From NCBI GenBank assembly GCA_038845265.1, contig JAWBQR010000015.1, positions 1 through 21,736 on the forward strand: a stretch of 21,736 nt of DNA, given 5' to 3'. Positions 17,009-21,736 of this stretch are shown in pieces (within the stretch, counting starts at the first letter, position 1; every line of letters starts with the position of its first letter). The translations under genes and the position numbers were made by a program. This stretch comes from Nitrososphaerota archaeon (GTDB taxonomy: Archaea; Thermoproteota; Nitrososphaeria_A; Caldarchaeales; Calditenuaceae). The notes under the pieces are model-generated. The model made no database searches, was not told the origin of the DNA, and saw only the letters and a program-made list of their open reading frames with translations.

Positions 17009-18186
17009 AGCTGAATCTTACATTTATTCCAAGTACATTTACTTTCGAATGCACAAAGTGCGGTAAGTGTTGCTACCCAGCTGGACTTTCACTTACTGCG
17101 AAAGAATTTCAATATTTTTTGAAAATAATTAGTAAAAGAGAACGATTTATACTTACGACAAACCCGCCATTCTTATATAAATTCCAAGTCGGTGGAAGAT
17201 GTCCTTTTTTATCTGAAAATAAATTATGTATAATTTATCAGAATAGGCCAATTGTATGCGTATCATTTCCATTGACCTTTGAGTATTTACCTGACGGTAG
17301 ATTATTTGTGAACTTGATTAGATGCGAAGGAATCGGAGTGGGAGATGAAATAGTTGATCTCAATTTTGTACTAAAAACAATTGAAGAGATCAAAACGAGG
17401 GAACCTAATTTTTTCGACGACCTATTAGTAAATAAATTACAGCAAAATCCTTTTGTCCCATTTTACACATTTAATCATTATGTCTCCTATGATTCGAAAT
17501 TAAATTTTAATAGATACTTATCCATTTTGTTAAAAGATTATGCCAAAAATCATCGCAATTTAAGAACCTACTTACATTCTTTTATTCGGTCAGTCAGACA
17601 AGCGATAGAAAATACATTAAATTTAAAAAGACTTAAAAATGTTGACCGTCTACTGATACTTGACGAAGACTTAGAGGTTTTGAAAGATGAAATAAAGTCA
17701 TATTTTTCTCAAAAATTTGACGAGAATCTCAAAATAATTAATCATTTTATCGAAGAGGCTGAAGCCGAAGCGAAGAAGACGGGCATATGTGAAATCTATT
17801 TAAACGGGAAAATTAAAAAATTAAAAATTAATGAATATGCTAAATTGAATTTTGATTTAAATTACGAAAGTGCCTCAAAATTTCAGGTCTCTCAAGTGTA
17901 TTTCAGGAAAGAATTCGAGCCCAATGCGTTTGAAACTATTATTGATTACATCTCTGAAGTCATGGTTCGGGTGGGGCCTGGAGGATTTCCAATCGATATG
18001 CCTATATCAATCATGCTTGACGTTTTAGGTGAATATACAAATAACTTGGAGTTTAGATGCAACTTATACTCGGGCAAGTCAGAGGTTGTGACTTTAAAGG
18101 AAGCTAAGAAATCCATTGAAGATCTCGATACGAACTTTGCTCTAGCATCAATCTATAGTGCTAGAGCAAGGACATTTACTTTTTAA
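17005..18186 (+). CDS. YkgJ/CxxCxxCC cysteine-cluster protein with a long uncharacterised C-terminal region
   Basis: Motifs FECTKCGKCC, CPFL, CIIYQNRPIVCVSFP and CEGIG. The start is uncertain: CTG 17005 (proposed) or TTG 16894 (ORF track). Confidence 0.8.
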   Translation: MKLNLTFIPSTFTFECTKCGKCCYPAGLSLTAKEFQYFLKIISKRERFILTTNPPFLYKFQVGGRCPFLSENKLCIIYQNRPIVCVSFPLTFEYLPDGRLFVNLIRCEGIGVGDEIVDLNFVLKTIEEIKTREPNFFDDLLVNKLQQNPFVPFYTFNHYVSYDSKLNFNRYLSILLKDYAKNHRNLRTYLHSFIRSVRQAIENTLNLKRLKNVDRLLILDEDLEVLKDEIKSYFSQKFDENLKIINHFIEEAEAEAKKTGICEIYLNGKIKKLKINEYAKLNFDLNYESASKFQVSQVYFRKEFEPNAFETIIDYISEVMVRVGPGGFPIDMPISIMLDVLGEYTNNLEFRCNLYSGKSEVVTLKEAKKSIEDLDTNFALASIYSARARTFTF

Positions 18187-18200
18187 TTATTGAGCATTTT

Positions 18201-19517
18201 TTAAGTTTTTCTCTTTCTTGGTCTCTGAGACGTCTTGACGCTCTCCACTTTTTCTTTATCCTTCGTCAAGCTATTCTCATCCATCACATGAGGAAGCAGG
18301 TTGTCCCCAATTGAAGCTATGGCTATTTCTTCATTGTCTAGTTCGTAATATTTTGCTATATCTGTCTTGCCTGAACCTAAGATTGCACGTATGAACGGCA
18401 TCATCTCTGTCGCGGCCTTTCTCTGAGACATCTTCGACTTCATCGCGAGTTTTCTTAGAATTGACTTTATTTTTTCTCTTTTTTCACGTGTCTCTTGCAT
18501 GAATCTTATTTTGGATGGAAACTCAAATCTTCCTCCCTTATCCGAGGTTTTGGATTTTACGATTCCTGGCCCTGAGCCCAGTAATGGGATTGCGTATTTG
18601 ATATAGTCCCATCTCTGTAGTCTATTTGCCCTAGAATAGTGAAGATCGGCTAATGCAAGAAATTCATACGATTCAAATAATGCCTGAGGGTCTTTTATTT
18701 GGTTGGGCAAATTATCAATAATCCAAGTAAAGAGTGTGTCTAAATCTACATCTAGATTCATGGTAACATTTCTACCTGAAATCACGTTTGTTGCACCAAA
18801 GATTTCGGCCAAGGCTTCAAAGACAGATTTGGTCCTGTCCCTTGTAGAGACAACATTCTTTAACTGCTCGACTATTCTCTGATCTGCTGTCAAAAATAAT
18901 TGTAGATCATTAATTGCGGATCTGAGGTCACCATTGCTTCGAGAAGCTATAAATTTTAATAACTCATCACTGACCTTAACGCCCTCTTTTTCTGAAATTT
19001 TTCTGAGATGCGACATGATTTCATTTTGTCTTATATGGGAAAATTTTATTAATAATGACATATTTCTAAGGACTGCTAGTCTTGGATCCCATGGATCATT
19101 AGCTACTAGGACTATTGGAATATTCGTTCTTGGAATTATGCTTGCAAGAGTATTTATCCCCCCAGTAGCCTCTGAGCCATATGCACCATCAACCTCGTCT
19201 ACGAGGATTATTCTCTTTCTAGTTCCTGCTAATGTTGATTGTTTTGACGCCTCTGCTATAATTGCTTTTATTTGTTCGGCACCCCTTCTATCGCTTGCAT
19301 TTACCTCTATTAGGTCGTAACCATGCTCCTTGGCATATGCTATGACAAGTGAGGTTTTCCCGACTCCTGGCGGACCTACTAGGAATGCTGATTTTTTAAT
19401 AGGCTTCCCCGCCTCCCACGACTTCATCCATTCGAGGAAACTCGAGACTGCTTCCTTGTTACCTATTACTTCTGAGACACTTCTGGGACGATACTTCTCC
19501 GTTAGGGGGATCGACAT
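18201..19517 (-). CDS. rfcL: Replication factor C large subunit
   Basis: Motifs EKYRP, GPPGVGKT, EVNASDRR, LVDEVD, ANDPW, GDLRSAINDLQ and LALAD; directly downstream of rfcS. Confidence 0.95.
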   Translation of the reverse strand: MSIPLTEKYRPRSVSEVIGNKEAVSSFLEWMKSWEAGKPIKKSAFLVGPPGVGKTSLVIAYAKEHGYDLIEVNASDRRGAEQIKAIIAEASKQSTLAGTRKRIILVDEVDGAYGSEATGGINTLASIIPRTNIPIVLVANDPWDPRLAVLRNMSLLIKFSHIRQNEIMSHLRKISEKEGVKVSDELLKFIASRSNGDLRSAINDLQLFLTADQRIVEQLKNVVSTRDRTKSVFEALAEIFGATNVISGRNVTMNLDVDLDTLFTWIIDNLPNQIKDPQALFESYEFLALADLHYSRANRLQRWDYIKYAIPLLGSGPGIVKSKTSDKGGRFEFPSKIRFMQETREKREKIKSILRKLAMKSKMSQRKAATEMMPFIRAILGSGKTDIAKYYELDNEEIAIASIGDNLLPHVMDENSLTKDKEKVESVKTSQRPRKRKT

Positions 19518-19522
19518 TTTAT

Positions 19523-20500
19523 TTATTTCCTCTCTTTAGTTAAGGAGTAGAGATAGGATAAAAGCATCATAAACTGAACCTCTGGTGTTGCGCCTTGTGA
19601 TAATCTATAATCAACCTCACCTATGAGTGATAGTAACTTCAGCTTATCCTCCTCCTTTATTGGTAGGTAAAAAGATTCTCGGTATATTTGGGCTATCAGG
19701 TCGCGTTCAGATACTCCATCGACGTATAATTTTTCTCTCAGTAATTTTCTGGCCTCTTCAAACTTCCCTGCGAGGGATAATTCGAGAATTTTCCTGGCCT
19801 CTCCACCTGTAGTTATTCCTGCTACTCTGAAGATTAAATCATCATCAATATTACTGCTATAAGATGCGGCTGTCTGAACCATGTTTATGGCTCTTCTCAA
19901 GTCGCCTTCGCTGACTTCAAACAATGCCTGAAGAGCTTTCTCGCTGATTTTTAATCCTTCAAGTTGGGCTACCCTCCTTATTGCTTGAACCATATGCTCC
20001 GGATTTATTGGTTTGAATCTAAAAACAGCGCATCTTGATTGTATTGGCTCGATAATCCTATTTGAGTAATTCGCAGCCAGAATAAATCGACAGGTCGTTG
20101 AGTATTGCTCCATCACTCTCCTGAATGCGTGTTGAGCGTCCGCCGTCAGCTGGTCGCTTTCATCAAGTAAAAGTATCTTGAAACCTATTCCGCCCATAGG
20201 TATGGTTCTAGCAAAGGTCTTTACTTTTTCCCTTATGATGTCAATTCCTCTCTCATCGCTAGCATTTATCTCCATGAAATGGCCATCTTCAATATATCTA
20301 TCTCCAAATAGGTCACGGGCAAATGCGTGTGCAGTAGCCGTCTTGCCAACTCCTGGAGGGCCTGTGAATAACATATGCGGTACAGTCTTAGTCGAAAGTA
20401 CTGTTTTAAGGCTCCTGACAATCTCTTCCTGGTTTATTATTTCGTCAAGAGTTTTAGGGCGATACTTTTCAACCCATGGAATTGTTTCCTGAATAGTCAT
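19523..20500 (-). CDS. rfcS: Replication factor C small subunit
   Basis: Motifs PWVEKYRP, GPPGVGKT, NASDERGID, LDESD, the arginine-finger motif IQSRC and GDLRRAIN. No intein. Confidence 0.97.
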   Translation of the reverse strand: MTIQETIPWVEKYRPKTLDEIINQEEIVRSLKTVLSTKTVPHMLFTGPPGVGKTATAHAFARDLFGDRYIEDGHFMEINASDERGIDIIREKVKTFARTIPMGGIGFKILLLDESDQLTADAQHAFRRVMEQYSTTCRFILAANYSNRIIEPIQSRCAVFRFKPINPEHMVQAIRRVAQLEGLKISEKALQALFEVSEGDLRRAINMVQTAASYSSNIDDDLIFRVAGITTGGEARKILELSLAGKFEEARKLLREKLYVDGVSERDLIAQIYRESFYLPIKEEDKLKLLSLIGEVDYRLSQGATPEVQFMMLLSYLYSLTKERK

Positions 20501-20638
20501 GCCTATTAGACTATTTTACCTCTGACTTTTATCGTTTCTCTCAAAAATAATTTTCATAATAGCATTATCCATATTTTGATATTTTGGACGCGAAGTACCT
20601 ATATATTGGATAATTTGATGAAGAGACAGCAATTAGCA

Positions 20639-20920
20639 ATGACTGACATGATGTTAAGATGTATCTGCGGACAGGTGTTGACACCTGACGTGATGATTAT
20701 AAAGGTAGGCTCAGGCTCTGCAGAGATACATTGTCCTAATCCGCGCTGTAGACTGGGAATTATTGGGACTTACACCGAATCAAAAATCAGGAAAAAATTG
20801 AGGCTCGTTAAGATGGTTGAGGAATACAACATGCTATTTATGGGGAGTGAAGACTTACAAGACACTCTTAGACACTGGGAGAGGGCAATTACTGATAAAA
20901 TTTCGCGTAATAATTCATGA
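20639..20920 (+). CDS. Small hypothetical protein with a putative Zn-binding CxC...CxxxxC motif
   Basis: Motifs RCICG and HCPNPRC; the ORF fills the gap between rfcS and the hydrolase gene. TATATA at 20600-20605 favours a start at 20639 or just after it over TTG 20576; ATG 20618 is also possible. Confidence 0.65.
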   Translation: MTDMMLRCICGQVLTPDVMIIKVGSGSAEIHCPNPRCRLGIIGTYTESKIRKKLRLVKMVEEYNMLFMGSEDLQDTLRHWERAITDKISRNNS

Positions 20921-21012
20921 TCAAACTTAATAGATTGATGCAAGAGCATTTAACGGGGATAGGTAATCCTAAAGTATATTTATCTCGCATTTCATGTTAT
21001 TATTGAGCTGGT

Positions 21013-21681
21013 GTGTTAGTATACAAAGGGATAGAAATTTATTGGCTTGGCCATGATGGGTTCAGATTAAAGTCTCCTAAAGTGGAAGTCATAATTGATC
21101 CTTTTAAGCTCCGAACTAGGACGAAGCGTCCAACAGATTTAGTATTTATAACTCATGACCATTTTGATCATTGCTCAGTCGAAGATATAAGAAAGATAGC
21201 TGAGGCGGGCAGGACCATTGTTGTAGCTTCGGAGAATTGCAGGAGCGCTCTCAGAACCTTAGCCGTTAAGGAAAAATTGTTTGTTTCTCCTGGCATGACC
21301 GGTGAGTTGATGGGTGTACGCTACTCAGTGGTCCCAGCATATAATGTAAATAAGTTTCGGGCGCCAGGAGTAGTATTCCACCCTAAGGAATATGGCGGTG
21401 TAGGCTACATCATAGAATTAGATAATATAAGGATTTATCATCCTGGAGATACTGACCTCATAGAAGAAATGAAGACGTTGGGAAGAATTGACGTCGCTCT
21501 GCTTCCTGTGAGTGGTACTTACGTTATGACTGCTGAAGAAGCTGCTAAGGCAGTAGGCATCATTAAGCCCGACCTAGCAATACCGATGCATTTTGGAGAA
21601 ATAGTTGGTTCAGAAAAAGATGCTCAAACTTTTAAGTCAAAAGCTAGCTGCAGAGTAGAAATCCTAAAACCAGAAGAATAG
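21013..21681 (+). CDS. Metallo-beta-lactamase-fold metal-dependent hydrolase (UPF0173/UlaG-like)
   Basis: Motifs WLGHDGF, IDPF, THDHFDH (HxHxDH), YHPGDT, LPVSGTYVM and PMHFG. Confidence 0.92.
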   Translation: MLVYKGIEIYWLGHDGFRLKSPKVEVIIDPFKLRTRTKRPTDLVFITHDHFDHCSVEDIRKIAEAGRTIVVASENCRSALRTLAVKEKLFVSPGMTGELMGVRYSVVPAYNVNKFRAPGVVFHPKEYGGVGYIIELDNIRIYHPGDTDLIEEMKTLGRIDVALLPVSGTYVMTAEEAAKAVGIIKPDLAIPMHFGEIVGSEKDAQTFKSKASCRVEILKPEE

Positions 21682-21692
21682 GTGAGATTTAA

Positions 21693-21736
21693 TTGAACTG
21701 TACTAGTCACAACATGATTTATGAAGGGATAGTCAA
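21693..21736 (+). CDS. Probable 5' end of a next gene, truncated by the window edge
   Basis: A GGTGAG SD (21681-21686) precedes TTG 21693, and the frame is open to the window end (MNCTSHNMIYEGIV). Too short to assign. Confidence 0.35.
   Translation, partial: MNCTSHNMIYEGIV

Noticed and set aside
859-20492. Alternative-frame and antisense ORFs in the track (e.g. 859-1293, 1393-1773, 2130-2504, 3897-4085, 8148-8372, 9138-9356, 10290-10616, 18934-19320, 20178-20492)
   Set aside because: All lie largely within well-supported genes, mostly on the opposite strand, and show no family motifs; they are shadow ORFs.
18201-20500. Inteins in RFC subunits (also checked in Cdc6)
   Set aside because: Protein lengths are standard and the AAA+ motifs are contiguous, with no insertion after Walker A.
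20954-20970. Small hairpin GGGAT-AGGTA-ATCCT
   Set aside because: The stem is only 4-5 bp, which is expected by chance.
1-21736. tRNA, rRNA, SRP RNA, CRISPR array or IS element
   Set aside because: Intergenic gaps are at most about 160 nt and AT-rich. I see no GC-rich structured segment, regularly spaced repeats, or transposase/integrase ORF.

Overview
Gene-dense, AT-rich archaeal chromosomal window. The gene content (rps8e, SRP19, Gar1, RIO1, Cdc6/Orc1, RFC small and large) and TATA/BRE-type promoters are archaeal; a TACK lineage such as Nitrososphaerota/Aigarchaeota is my impression, not a computed result. In order it holds: a fixC(partial)-fixX-fixA-fixB electron-transfer operon; a Zn-dependent dehydrogenase convergent with an LsrF-family thiolase; a YciI protein; a PLP aminotransferase divergent from a nitrilase-family hydrolase; RIO1; rps8e-srp19-gar1; a CoxD-like AAA+, CoxE-like VWA and divergent MoeA; cdc6; a carbohydrate ABC importer lacking its ATPase; a CxxCxxCC protein that probably starts at a CTG overlapping the upstream stop; rfcL and rfcS; a small putative Zn-binding protein; and a metallo-beta-lactamase-fold hydrolase. 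I see no RNA genes, CRISPR arrays, inteins or mobile elements. The best lead, which is inference only, is that the dehydrogenase and LsrF form a non-quorum-sensing route converting 5-deoxyribulose-1-phosphate (from the radical-SAM by-product 5'-deoxyadenosine) to DHAP and acetyl-CoA.
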